Shown: piece after piece, positions 52,301 through 64,000 of the stretch | How positions within the stretch are numbered: the stretch's first letter is position 1 | Layout of the letters: each line of letters opens with the position of its first letter | DNA from: Hormiphora californensis | Taxonomy: Eukaryota > Animalia > Ctenophora | Length of the DNA stretch: 64,000 nucleotides | Assembly: GCA_020137815.1 (NCBI GenBank) | Contig: CM035352.1 | Location: 434,001-498,000, forward strand | Direction of reading: 5' to 3' | Position numbers and translations under genes: made by a program | Notes under the pieces: generated by a model | Databases searched by the model: none | The model's input: only the letters and a program-made list of their open reading frames with translations | What the model was told of the DNA's origin: nothing

Positions 52301-55300
52301 TGCAGGACAAAGGAGTGGTGGGTGCTAAATCGACTCTACACGCTGATATCACTCACTGATGCCGCTACCTGCCTCTCTATTACCCCCGTCCTTCTCTCGC
52401 TAATTAGCGACAGGGAGCCCATGCTGTTTGAATATCCGTGGGTGTGTCAGGTTTGGGAGCTTGCATACAACTTCCTCCCCTCATTCTCCATCTTCCTTGT
52501 AGCCACCCTCGCCATTTCCCGATCATTGCGAATCATCCGGCCCTACGAAAGTGTATCCATCAATGCGGTGATAATTTCCGTTGTTGCATACACAGCTTTC
52601 CTGTTTACAGTTACCGCCCTCAACTACGTTTTTGAAAGCCGGTATTATGTCTTGGAAATCGGATTCTGCATTGGCGTTGCAGGGAAAAGTATGGAACACG
52701 CTCACTTTAAGAACTTTGCTGTTATGGCACAAATTGGAGTCCCTTCAATCATTGTGTTCGTGTGTTTCATCATGTCTCTTCATCGAGTTCGACTCCTCAA
52801 TTCCAACTCGTTACGCTCCCGGAACATCAAATACCGAGTATCTCTGACCATCACCCTCTTCACCGGTATCTTCCTGGTCTGCAACACGCCTCTCTTCCTT
52901 AACACCACCATCCTATTGGTGGCACAGTGGATCACTGGGAAGTTCCCTGCTAAAATCTACGGGAGCCCCTTCATGGCTAGCTACAGTTGGCTCTTAGCCA
53001 AGATCCTGTTCCCCGCCCTCAACAGTGTCCTCAACCCCATTCTATACATAGCCCGGATAACCGATTTTGGGCAGTGGATCCGGGGGAAGAAAGAAACTAG
53101 CTCGACGAAACGTGAAGAGTCTGTTAAACTCTCGGGACAGGAGTGAGTGAAGGTTGAGGTATTTGAACTGAAAGGTTGAGTTGGTATTTGAACTGGAACA
53201 AGAGTTGTTGGCTGGACTACTTTTCTGAAGAGTTGGGGACAGTTTAAAATATCCGTTTTGAACTTAAGATGGGAAACATTAGGAAGTCAGAGTGGGCTGA
53301 GCTGGTATTGCTAAGTTATGTATTCAGAGGACAGAATCGAGTATACGACCCATACGAAGGACACGAGAGGAATAGTTCTAATTATCAGATGATATGATTG
53401 TCGGCTGTAAGTGTTTTCATTATGCTGCCCCAAATACAGAGATTGTAAAACTTATGCTGCAACTGTCTATATAGTTTGTTAAAAAGTTTAAAAAAACTAA
53501 ACTTTGTGTTTTACCTGAGCCACCGCTTCCTTTAGTTGAAGGTTGAGTTGAAGAGCTCTCAATGGTGACAAACTCCCAGGCACTTGCTTTGTCCCGATTC
53601 ACCTGCCAACTTCCATTTGGTTGGGCGGACAAGTATTTTTTATGAAAGGACTTGATCATTTTCTTACCGCCCTGATTTGGGACGTCCTGTAAGGTGAAGT
53701 GCTCCCAGCCCAGTGCTTTGTCTCTATTCCACTGGAGAGTCCCGTTTGCCTGGGCTGAAATATTCGATTTAGAATTCAAAAGAATACATAAAAATACATG
53801 ACAAAAAGTAAAATGGAAAAGTAAAATTTAATTCTTGCTCTGAACTCATTATTCAAAAAGTAAAATATGAGTACTCTACAAGGATTAACGGTATTTAAAA
53901 CTGCACACCTACCTGAGAGATATTTGCCGGCTGATGATCTGAAAGCCACTACACCATCTTTAATCTTCACCATGAAATATTCACTATTGTCATGCTCTGA
54001 TGGCTTCAAGTAGTGCCCATGGTGACCTTTGATCTTGATACCTATAACAGTGAGAATGACGTGTTGTATCTCTTTCACAACGATACTTCAAAGTTCAACC
54101 CACTTCATTGTTTTATAATTTATAGCGAGGTAAATCTAGGTTAGTGATTTAACTCTCGTGAATGAGAAAAGGCACATACCTCCTGCTGGAGCAGCGGCAG
54201 GGGGAGGGGCCGGGGCAGCCGCAGGAGGAGGGGCTGGAGCTGGAGCTGGTTTGGGTTTGGAAACAGGTTTCTTTGCAGATTTAAATCCACCACTCACATC
54301 TAAAAAGTTGTTTCTTTGAGAGTGATTTTAAAAGGAAGGGAGTTATGCAATCTCTATCGAGGTATGGCAGGTTGTAGAACTATATATCTCATGAGATATT
54401 GAGATAGGTATTTAATATGATTGTAAGCTCCTATATCCTAAATCATACTTATATGGTTGGATTTTGCAAAGATGGTTAGGGATTACGTTTAGATGTTTAT
54501 GGATTTCGACTAATCGCTCATACCAAGATTAAGTTTGTTAGCAATTTCGAGAAGAAGGGCATCGCCTTTTTTAGCGATCTCATCTCCTTCAGCTCCCCTA
54601 AAATCCAGCCATAGTTTTCCAGCAGTTATGACACCTAACCACCCGCTCGCCCGGTACTCAGATCCATTTTCCATTCGCTGTTGAACCATCACAGGTACAA
54701 TCTGAGGGAAAACGATGGCCATGGTAGTCATAATATGATATCGTATATAGTAGAGAGTTCAGAGTTGCATGTAAATTTAAGAAATGGTGGTTATAGGATT
54801 TTTAAAACTAGTAAACCCGTTCGCCCTACGGGCGAATTTCGGGGAAATGGTATTGGTAGCTGGAATAGGGAACACTGACATCATCAGTCTAACTAATGAC
54901 ATGCACTATCCCATCTTAAGTAACGGTACCTTAGAAGGAGCTCAGGCGGGATCGCTGCGAGTTTCTGGTTTCAGAACGTCAAATGATGATCCGGCGATCA
55001 AAGTTATAAAAGAACTTACTATTTCGTCTGCTTGCAGTATTCATCTGCCTTAATCTCTGAGATTGATCATCGGTTCTGTTTAACCTCTAACGTCTTGTTC
55101 GTTCTCTCTGCACTTCTTTTGGTGATGCTGCATTTGAACCCCTCAGTGTATGGAAAAGTAGAGAATAGCGGTGAGATCTTGCGTGAATAACTCCAATTGT
55201 CGCTGTCGTATATCAAGAGTTGTTGAAGAGAGCATATAATTAGCTGGAACAGTGAAACAGACTAAAGCAAGATCAAATGCACGTGCACGTGCAGTATAAC

Positions 55301-56727
55301 AGTAGCAACCATGCCATTGGCAACGGCTCCGACTCCTGGCCCCACTCCAATAGTACTCCACAGTTCACCTCTAGGCTCTAAACCTGCACGTGCTAAATGC
55401 CATATAAGGTAAAAAACGTTACACTGGATTTCCCTATTTGCTTTAATAATAGTATGATTTGGATAATTGGTTCGAGAATAACTAATATAATTTGAGTCAT
55501 AATACCTGGACTCTTCGATCTTTAGCGTAGTTCAATTCCAGCTCACACGCTTCTGAGGATTGATAAGCCTCTGTCATAAAGGGGCAAATCACCATCGCAT
55601 TTTCGACGCCTTTTGCCATTGCAGCGTTGATATTCCCTGTGGGAGGTTTCAGGTTATTAAATTTTACAAACCGAAAGTTCGGTTTGTCCACCGAGGACAA
55701 CTGTATAACTACAAAATTGCACAGTTGATTTTCTAGAATCAGATTAGCCACACTCCACAGTATGTTGCTAAGCAGTTATATACCAAAACTCTACCCCCTC
55801 CCCCCTCCCCCCGCACGGAAACTCTACCTCTCACCTGTTACTCCACCCTTTACGTCCATCCAAACGGGAAGACCTTTACTCTCAATGTACTCATACACAG
55901 CAATAACCAGTTCCTGGACTCCCCAATTGTAAGACAACATGATATGGCTCTCCCCCAGCTGAAAATAGTCATGTCTGTGATATGAAATGTGTCACATGAA
56001 CTATAAACTATTTAGTATTTACTAGTAAACCCGTTCGCCCTACGGGCGAATTTCGGGGAAATGGTATTGGTAGCTGGAATAGGGAACACTGACATCATCA
56101 GTCTAACTAATGACATGCACTATCCCATCTTAAGTAACGGTACCTTAGAAGGAGCTCAGGCGGGATCGCTGCGAGTTTCTGGTTTCAGAACGTCAAATGA
56201 TGATCCGGCGATCAAAGTTATAAAAGAACTTACTATTTCGTCTGCTTGCAGTATTCATCTGCCTTAATCTCTGAGATTGATCATCGGTTCTGTTTAACCT
56301 CTAACGTCTTGTTCGTTCTCTCTGCACTTCTTTTGGTGATGCTGCATTTGAACCCCTCAGTGTATGGAAAAGTAGAGAATAGCGGTGAGATCTTGCGTGA
56401 ATAACTCCAATTGTCGCTGTCGTATATCAAGAGTTGTTGAAGAGAGCATATAATTAGCTGGAACAGTGAAACAGACTAAAGCAAGATCAAATGCACGTGC
56501 ACGTGCAGTATAACAGTAGCAACCATGCCATTGGCAACGGCTCCGACTCCTGGCCCCACTCCAATAGTACTCCACAGTTCACCTCTAGGCTCTAAACCTG
56601 CACGTGCTAAATGCCATATAAGGTAAAAAACGTTACACTGGATTTCCCTATTTGCTTTAATAATAGTATGATATAGTTTACAAGTATGGTGAAATAGAAT
56701 CTTACCTTCTCTCGTAGAGTTTGACAT
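43318..56727 (-). CDS. cytosolic TIR (TIR_2 type) + Pro/Ala linker + fascin-like beta-trefoil + F-type lectin domain + degenerate second F-type lectin domain (11 exons)
   Basis: Exons 56727-56706, 55958-55835 (HIMLSYNW..VWMDV), 55636-55506 (AMAKGVENA..YQSSEACELELNYA), 54701-54524 (IVPVM..GWLG..WLDF), 54299-54180, 54041-53913, 53754-53515 (KYLSAQ.NG....NRDKA..WE x2), 51684-51573 (NLALRKPTYQSS..RAVDGN), 49791-49598 (THT..AWW..LG..VWNREECAER), 48141-48019 (LSLAQVEVFG), 46965-46854 and 43442-43318. Intron phases are consistent after removing one homopolymer base at ~55953 and one at ~46870. Confidence 0.82.
44968..46187 (-). mobile_element. Helentron-associated (HINE-like) element, uninterrupted copy
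   Basis: Reverse copy of 10411-13371 lacking the 1.56-kb insert; same subTIRs and terminal hairpin. Confidence 0.78.
49886..50875. mobile_element. foldback-type element with 10-bp subrepeats
   Basis: G9-TTCAACC...GGTTGAA-C9 termini, TATTTT on both flanks, arrays of TTTTT(A/G)GAAA, internal hairpin at 50353-50432. Confidence 0.75.
52130..53146 (+). CDS. rhodopsin-class GPCR, intronless, nested antisense in an intron of the TIR-lectin gene
   Basis: Seven hydrophobic segments; GTPLN (TM1), SLTD (TM2), C at the TM3 start, LAISR..I..P (DRY equivalent), CNTP (TM6), LNSVLNPILY (NPxxY). Confidence 0.92.
   Translation: MNGTSDASTNRFRHVVEGFSEKVVFYSWADKLIAVMLSGCLAAGTPLNFLSLVYFGRCRTKEWWVLNRLYTLISLTDAATCLSITPVLLSLISDREPMLFEYPWVCQVWELAYNFLPSFSIFLVATLAISRSLRIIRPYESVSINAVIISVVAYTAFLFTVTALNYVFESRYYVLEIGFCIGVAGKSMEHAHFKNFAVMAQIGVPSIIVFVCFIMSLHRVRLLNSNSLRSRNIKYRVSLTITLFTGIFLVCNTPLFLNTTILLVAQWITGKFPAKIYGSPFMASYSWLLAKILFPALNSVLNPILYIARITDFGQWIRGKKETSSTKREESVKLSGQE
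54808..55457 (-). mobile_element. 650-bp non-autonomous Helitron, copy 1
   Basis: A|TC...hairpin TTCGCCC-GTA-GGGCGAA...CTAG|T, no TSD; lies in TIR gene intron 3. Confidence 0.92.
56022..56671 (-). mobile_element. 650-bp non-autonomous Helitron, copy 2
   Basis: Appears identical to copy 1; lies in TIR gene intron 1. Confidence 0.92.
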
Positions 56728-57086
56728 ATCTCAGGGGTGAAACTCATTGGTGCAACCAAAATACCTGTCCGAAGTAAAACAGTCACGATCAGACGGGTTA
56801 ACCAATGGTCGATTAAAACAGTTCAGCGCCTATCCCCCGGTTATTCTAACTATGTTCTGGCTGAAAAAAGCAAGATCTCGGACAAATACTACAACAAACA
56901 GTATGTAATAACACGTGAGTAGGTTAGATGAAAGATCTCAAACAGTAAACATAAAAACTGAAGGAAATCGTTACGTAATACGTAGGCCGAGGCGTAGGCG
57001 TACTACGCAAGCAGACATTTTAACAAGGACCCCATGTGTGAAGTAGACCACTTTTGTATTGTTTCGGTAACGTGCGAATAACAAGC

Positions 57087-57167
<81 letters not shown>

Positions 57168-57179
57168 TAGAGAGAGAGA

Positions 57180-57230
<51 letters not shown>

Positions 57231-57615
57231 TTGTCCGTTGTCCCTTTCTCAGTTCGAATAATGTGTATACATGGGGGAATTCTAAGAATATAAGGCTCTC
57301 TCTCTCACATGGAGATATATGATCTATACACATGCCAAAAACAACATCAAGAGCTGTATCAACATTAGAGTGTGATTCACTGTATACTGACACTAAATAA
57401 ACATAATATCGTCCGAATAATAGGCAGCAGTTAGTACAAACTAAATAATATGAATATGAATAGGTCGCCTATTGTGATGCATCCAGAGAGCTAGTTGGAA
57501 TAGTAGTGTGTGTGTGTGTGTGTGTATATAATACCTACACGCATACCTACAAGGTCCTTGGCTTCCAATCGAAGCAGAGAACTGAGGAAAATGTACCACG
57601 TGTAGATAGAAGCGT

Positions 57616-57703
<88 letters not shown>

Positions 57704-58566
57704 CTCTCCATCTCTAACTGGACGTCCATTATAACCACAGCTACATTGCTCTCCCTATACGCTCCATTATAATGGACATTTGCGGATCTATTATCTCTCC
57801 CGTGTTGCAGTATAGTGCTTGTAGTGGAGATACGGTAATGGCGGATACCGTTAGAAGATCACTGTAAAGTACTACTACAGCTCCACCAGCCAACTGGCAA
57901 CACCTAGATACACAAAACAAGGGGAAAGGGATGGTAGATCGGCAAGTCTTCAGTCTTTATGCGTGTACGTGGCCTAATGAGCCCACCCTCCCTCTCTCTC
58001 TTCCACACACTCCGTTGGATACCATGACAACAGTCACGCAAGCTCACAAAGCAGACTATCACTCGCATCTTAGAGGTTATAATGTCAACAAACATCCTTC
58101 TTCCATGATACACTGAGACTGCTAAATGTTTTACTAAGCTCGGTTCCATGGTCCGATGAAAAAATGTGAGCGCACAAAAATTGGTCTCTTTCTGCACATC
58201 ACAACTATAATAACTATGAAGTATGAAGACTATGATGCTATTTCAGTGTGCCGCACAGACTGATCAAATCAGTGTGATCGTGATGAGATATCTTTTAGAC
58301 TTTTGTATCTGATATTGGATTTACACCATGATCATAGTAATATACCCTTTTTCACTAGATTGTATACAAGACCCTGTACCACATGTACCACCATCATTAT
58401 CATCACTGTTTATACTAGCTGTACTGGTCTTTGCTATTCAAGATTTTTCTTAAAGCAAAAGGATTTCGACCATTAACGACAATGTAACATCTCTAATGTA
58501 ATGCAATCGACCACAAACATAACGTTAGGATCCTTTTACCATCTAGACACCAAAAATAAGCAACAA

Positions 58567-59305
58567 AAATTAGGGCAAGTCGGTAGAACTTCGACAGAAT
58601 TTAGGGCAGCCGGCAGGTCAATTTAGGGCATGTCTGAATTTAGGGCAGGGGGTCCTCCACGAACAGGTCTGAATACTAAGCATGTGAATGTGATTCGAGG
58701 AAGCTTATTAGCGGTGTGAGGCAATACGAGATATGGAACATGATTCAGGGAAGCCAATCACTAATCAGGAGTGTTTTTCCCTCAGAAAAAGTGAGATGAA
58801 TTGAAAGACTGCAGAGCGAACAGAGAGGGGTCTAGGGTCTAGGGATGAAAGCGATAGAAACCTTCCCCGAATCGTATCTCACATCGTCTAACACTCCTGA
58901 TTGGCTTCCCCGAATCATGTTCCATATCTCGTATCGTCTCACACCGCTAATAAGCTTCCCCAAATCACATTCACATACTTAGTATTCAAACCTATCCTAA
59001 ATTCAGACCTGCCCTATATTCGGTAAGCGGACTCTAGTGCTAAAATTACGAAAAGCGAACTCGAGATTTCGGCCGTTAGGCCGGAAACGAGAGTTTGCTG
59101 TGCCTCTATACTCATTTAGAAGTGTTAGGGCCGTTATTTGGGTTCGAGTTTAGGGGTTAGTGTAAAGGTTAGGGTTAGATATAGAGTCCTCCTTGGGTTT
59201 AGATATAGAGTCCGTTAGCACTAGAGTCCGCCTACCCTATATTCAGACCTGCCCTAAATTGACCTGCCCTAAATTCTGTCGAAGTTCTGCCGACCTGCCA
59301 AAATT
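58567..59305. mobile_element. inverted-repeat element containing a nested MULE-type MITE (59022-59236)
   Basis: Outer arms GTCGG.AGAACTTCGACAGAATTTAGGGCAG / CTGCCCTAAATTCTGTCGAAGTTCT.CCGAC. The inner element GGTAAGCGGACTCTAGTGCTA...TAGCACTAGAGTCCGCCTACC has an 8-9-bp TSD (C)CTATATTC. Confidence 0.75.
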
Positions 59306-60362
59306 AGATATGACACATCTCATTATTATAATATGGAGCTATCAGCTTAAGTAGGTTGTATTTAAGAAATTTTCAAGTTCTAGAATACTTTTGGACCTGT
59401 AAAGATTAACAAAACAGATCTGGACAAAGACGATTCGAAATATGTATCGCTGCCGCTTGTAGTCGCATTACCGTAATGGAATTATAGTAATGAGACGCAG
59501 ACTTTGCATAACGCACGGCAAAAAGTGCATTTGTCAGCACGTACTAGCGCACTGATTGGCCACGGTTGCGTGTCTTTATACCGTCCCACTACAAGCGACC
59601 GGGTATGATAGGAATTTAAATACACGTTTCACAAATAAAATATGCTTTCAAGGGTATCTACAGAGGAAAAGTGTTTATTTGACCAGCAGCCTGACTGATT
59701 GGTGCCCCGCTCTGTGCTCTACTGCCTGCTACAACACCCGATCGACCCGGAACTCCCAGTCTCGCGTCCTCAGACGGGATACCCATTGTCCGAAAGTGGG
59801 TCACAACATTGGTCATGACTTTTGTGACTTCTGATTTCAAAGTGTTCCCGCTGGAAAGTTGGATGAGAGGGTTAGCAAAACTGTTGAGATATGCACAGAA
59901 GTTGTATGCAGCATAGAAGTAGGTCTGTTCGATGCCGGCCTGCAAATGGTAAATTGGTATTGGATAAAGTAGTATTAATTTAAAAAAATCCCCCAGAGAT
60001 TACCATTACCATTTGAGATATGAGGGCGTTAAGGTTGCTGTTGATCTTCACGTTCATAATCAGGTTCTTGAAGTTATGAAAGATAATGAGGGAGAAGCAG
60101 ATGAAATACCAACCAGTCATCAACATCAGGGATATCACCTACAAGACGTTAACTATTTAGTTATTGGAAACACAATCAATACATTTGATCACCAATGAGG
60201 ACTCGATCCGGGGATTTGTTTGAATTAAGAAAACATACCACTTTTTTGCTAAGAATCTGGGATTTAGGATGACTGCCCTTCTGCTTAATCCACGTTTTCT
60301 GAAACATGTCAATTTTGCCACTAAATTAAGCTAATTAATCTTTCTGAGAATTCGTCTCTGAA

Positions 60363-61012
60363 TCATACTATTATTAAAGCAAATAGGGAAATCCAGTGTA
60401 ACGTTTTTTACCTTATATGGCATTTAGCACGTGCAGGTTTAGAGCCTAGAGGTGAACTGTGGAGTACTATTGGAGTGGGGCCAGGAGTCGGAGCCGTTGC
60501 CAATGGCATGGTTGCTACTGTTATACTGCACGTGCACGTGCATTTGATCTTGCTTTAGTCTGTTTCACTGTTCCAGCTAATTATATGCTCTCTTCAACAA
60601 CTCTTGATATACGACAGCGACAATTGGAGTTATTCACGCAAGATCTCACCGCTATTCTCTACTTTTCCATACACTGAGGGGTTCAAATGCAGCATCACCA
60701 AAAGAAGTGCAGAGAGAACGAACAAGACGTTAGAGGTTAAACAGAACCGATGATCAATCTCAGAGATTAAGGCAGATGAATACTGCAAGCAGACGAAATA
60801 GTAAGTTCTTTTATAACTTTGATCGCCGGATCATCATTTGACGTTCTGAAACCAGAAACTCGCAGCGATCCCGCCTGAGCTCCTTCTAAGGTACCGTTAC
60901 TTAAGATGGGATTGTGCATGTCATTAGTTAGACTGATGATGTCAGTGTTCCCTATTCCAGCTACCAATACCATTTCCCCGAAATTCGCCCGTAGGGCGAA
61001 CGGGTTTACTAG
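60363..61012 (+). mobile_element. 650-bp non-autonomous Helitron, copy 3
   Basis: A|TC at 60363 and CTAG|T at 61012; near-identical to copies 1 and 2 (one visible substitution). Confidence 0.92.
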
Positions 61013-61028
61013 TATTACTAAGTTATGC

Positions 61029-61491
61029 TTGTAGTGGGAAAACGGTTTTGGTCTGAAATACGGTAAGAAGACGCGCAAGCGTGGCCAATAGTGAACCATA
61101 ATAAAGTTCAAGAGCGCCCAAGAGCGCATCCCATCCAAGAGAGACCAAAATCAAGAGCACACCACAATCAAGAGAGACCAAAATCAAGAGCACACCACAA
61201 TCAAGAGTGCGCTCTTGAATTGGTCTCTCTTGATTGTGGTGCGCTCTTGATTTGGTCTCTCTTGATTTTGGTGCGCTCTTGAATTTGGTCTCTCTTGATT
61301 GTGGTGCGCTCTTGATTTTGGTCTCTCTTGGATGGGGTGCGCTCTTGGGCGCACTTGGACGCTCTTGAACTTTATTATGGTTCACTATCGTCACGCTATG
61401 ACGTGCTGAACAGTGAACAAATTATGCACTTGCACGTTACGAAAATTCTGCGTCTTCTTACTATACTTTAAATACGGTATCTCCACTACAA
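61029..61491. mobile_element. TIR element with nested palindromic MITE (61089-61388)
   Basis: Outer CTTGTAGTGG/CCACTACAAG. Inner ATAGTGAACCATAATAAAGTTCAAGAGCG inverted arms with CAAGAGAGACCAA subrepeats. Confidence 0.7.
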
Positions 61492-62454
61492 GTAGTTGTT
61501 GTGCAACTCCGTGAGGAGAGTAATGATATTCAAAGCTCATTATTGGGATAACTCACATTATAACGAAGAATCAGATACCGGGCGATGGTAACATTGCATC
61601 CTACAATAACCGTTAGAGAACATATCATTGGTATTGGACCAAGGACTGCACTGTAGATCAGAGCCTGCTTAGAGTCTTGAACATCATAATAAAAGTCACA
61701 GATACTCCACCTGTACAGGGGATGATGTACAATCCTTTAGTTATGATGGTTTACACTGTACAAAACAGTATCCTTTAGTTGGTTATTTCCATCCTTTAGT
61801 TGGTGAATGTCATACGTACCATTCAAAGAAGGAATAAGTGGCGGTCTTGAAGAAAAAGGGAAATGATGCGAATATTCCTCCATAGGCATAAACCAACACA
61901 CAAATCATAACCGTCTGAGAATGGTTTAAGAAGGGGTTTAATCGCCATTAATGGCGCTTCTCAGAGACTTCATTGTCTGGGAATCGGTTTTTAAAGGGCT
62001 TTAATCATTATTGACGGAGAAGATGATTCCTTACTAGACAGACAATTCCTAATGAATAAACTAAGAAATAATAAGCTAAGTTGGAGACTGGCAAAAGGGT
62101 TTAATCATTATAATGCATTATAATGCATTTAACCATTATAATGCATTATTGTCTGCAATCTGACAATGGCTTTTACACCGAATTATTCCTTGATTCAAGG
62201 GTGTCACGCAACTAGTAACTACCGAATTATTCCTCCTACAATCCTTCATATAATATAAATGGGCTATTACAACCGCTACATATTTTGCACTCCAACTTGT
62301 ACTTTTATACGTTACAAACTCACGAAAGGTTTGGTGGTTGCAATAGATGTGTCGTGGGGGTAGTAAACAGCTCGAACTCGAAATATCCCCGAGAGACTGA
62401 GCAGCATGGGGGTAGTTACCATATTCCAGTTCCATAGCCATCCAGCCACATGAC

Positions 62455-63034
62455 GGTGTGCGGACTCTAGTGCTACACTCTAAGTCTAAAGAGGACTCTA
62501 TATCTAAATTTAGATTTAGATAAAGAGTCCAAATAATTCTAAACTCTAGGAGGACTCTTTATCTAAAAAGTCTACACAGGGCGGACTCTTTATCTAAAAA
62601 GTCTAAACAAAGTGGACTCTATATCTACATAAATCTAAATTAGATATAGAGTCCGCCTTTCGCCGCGAACTCGAGATTTCGGCCGTTAGGCCGGAAACGA
62701 GAGTTTGCTCTACCCCTATACTAATTTAGAAGTGTTAGGGCCGTTATTTGGGTTCGAGGTTAGGGTTAGGGTTAGTGTTAGGGTTAGGTTTTGGGTTGGG
62801 TTAGGATTTTAGACATAGAGTCCGGGTTGGAGGATTTGGCGCCAAAATGTACTAGAGGACTCTATATCTAAAAAGTCTACACAAGGCGGACTCTTTATCT
62901 AAAAAGTCTACACAGGGAGGACTCTTTATCTAAACTTTTTTCAAAATCTAACTGTAGATAAAGAGTCCGTTTTTAGATATAGAGTCCGCCTTGGATTTAG
63001 ATAAAGAGTCCGTTAGCACTAGAGTCCGCCCACC
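62455..63034. mobile_element. MULE-type MITE family B inserted in a GPCR coding exon
   Basis: GGTG.GCGGACTCTAGTGCTA TIRs, 9-bp TSD CCACATGAC (62446-62454, 63035-63043), internal GGACTCT(A/T)TATCTA subrepeats and a TTAGGG tract. Confidence 0.9.
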
Positions 63035-64000
63035 CCACATGACATGCACACGTGTTAAAAAGCACAGGTCTACCTGTAGTCGAGATGGATCGGGCTAGAC
63101 GTTGACCCTTCTAAAATAATCGACGGGAGGGGGATCTATCTGGTAGTTTAAGTGTCTAGTCTGTGGACTGTAAGAATGCGTTTTACAGATATCTCAGTGG
63201 GTATTGTGTGATTTCAAACTCACCTAATACAAGAAATATGCCAGAGTAGATTGCTACAGTTGAGGTTATGAGATCTGTAATGGTCTCAAATATAGCTATC
63301 ACGTAGTATGGTTTGGATCGACCCAGCCGAATGAATGCCGTAAGAGCTATGAAGTTGAAGGACAAACCGAAAACTCCCATCAACAGATGAAGCTGAAATA
63401 AATGGGGGTCAAGTTCTTAACATGATGTTGGACTTCGCAAAATTTTATTGGCACTTACCGCTGATGTGATGGATAAAACGTTTTGTTCTGCTTTAAGTTA
63501 AACTTCAAACTGTCATATATATATATATATGGGGGGGGGGGGGTGACACGTAACGCTTTGTAACATGTGCAGAAAACTTTTTGTGCACGTTACATGTCAC
63601 CCCCCCCCCCCCCCCCTCATATGGAGGAGCGCGTGAGAGCAGTGTTCAGAGCATTGGTTAGCCAAGCTTGGCAGACCTCAAGTAAGACCTGTATGGCGGC
63701 GCCATACCCCATTTGATTCTCAGATGGGTCGCGGCGCCAGACAGAGTAAGACCACTGTATCTCCACTCACCACTCCCCAAGTAATATCAATATAGTCCAG
63801 ACACATCATCGTAGTGGATGTTGAATTAGTATCCATATCGCAATAGTAGACATGACAATCCAGAAATACATATTTTTGGCTCAGATCAGTCTTGTACCCT
63901 CTAGCACAGTTCTTAACCAGATTAGTCGTACACTCATTTCGAGAGACAAATGTGGCTTCACACCCATTCATTGATCTGTCATACTGAAACTGAACGCATT

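Larger units (their letters stand above)
59658..63971 (-). pseudogene. multi-exon rhodopsin-class GPCR with Cys-rich N-terminus, apparently disrupted
   Basis: Exons give TM1-2 (FGLSFN..ETITD), RPVLF..CHVAGWLWN..GIFRVRAVYYP, TM4, TM5, TM6 and LNSFANPLI. The TM3 exon is split by a MITE (62455-63034) and the small exon at ~63460-63510 has an in-frame TAA. The first exon assignment is tentative. Confidence 0.7.

Noticed and set aside
54784-55361. Repeated 68-123-aa ORFs (MVLVAGIG..., MEYYWSG...) appearing three times
   Set aside because: They recur only because the 650-bp Helitron is repeated; no recognisable domain.
55480-55497. TAATTTGAG resembling an SL 3' end
   Set aside because: Only about 9 nt match in AT-rich intron sequence; expected by chance.

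Overview
Compact, intron-rich animal genomic DNA, very probably from a ctenophore of the Hormiphora/Pleurobrachia type. The taxon call rests on a 34-nt match (from my recollection) to the ctenophore trans-spliced leader at 38106-38139, plus ctenophore-style GPCRs and LINE ORF1 proteins. I reconstructed ten genes by hand from splice signals and protein motifs: a carbohydrate sulfotransferase, a secreted ShK+Sushi protein, a BTB-BACK-Kelch protein, the 5' half of acetoacetyl-CoA synthetase, an intronless bacterial-like zincin+ShK protein, CCDC83, a type I membrane protein with antistasin-like repeats, an 11-exon cytosolic TIR + fascin-like beta-trefoil + F-type lectin protein, an intronless GPCR nested antisense in one of its introns, and a second GPCR disrupted by a MITE. 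The rest is dense with mobile DNA: a tRNA-SINE, an R4/Dong LINE, Helitrons and Helentron-type elements, and MULE, hAT, Tc1/mariner and Kolobok-type MITEs, often nested. Many introns contain minisatellites anchored on splice signals. Two candidates for new biology stand out. (1) An ORF1-only LINE-derived retroposon whose full-length copy begins with a relic spliced leader, implying its RNA was trans-spliced and then reinserted. (2) The TIR-fascin-fucolectin protein, a candidate cytosolic glycan-sensing NADase. Several apparent frameshifts are single extra bases in homopolymers and are probably long-read errors. All coordinates were read by eye and no database searches were run.
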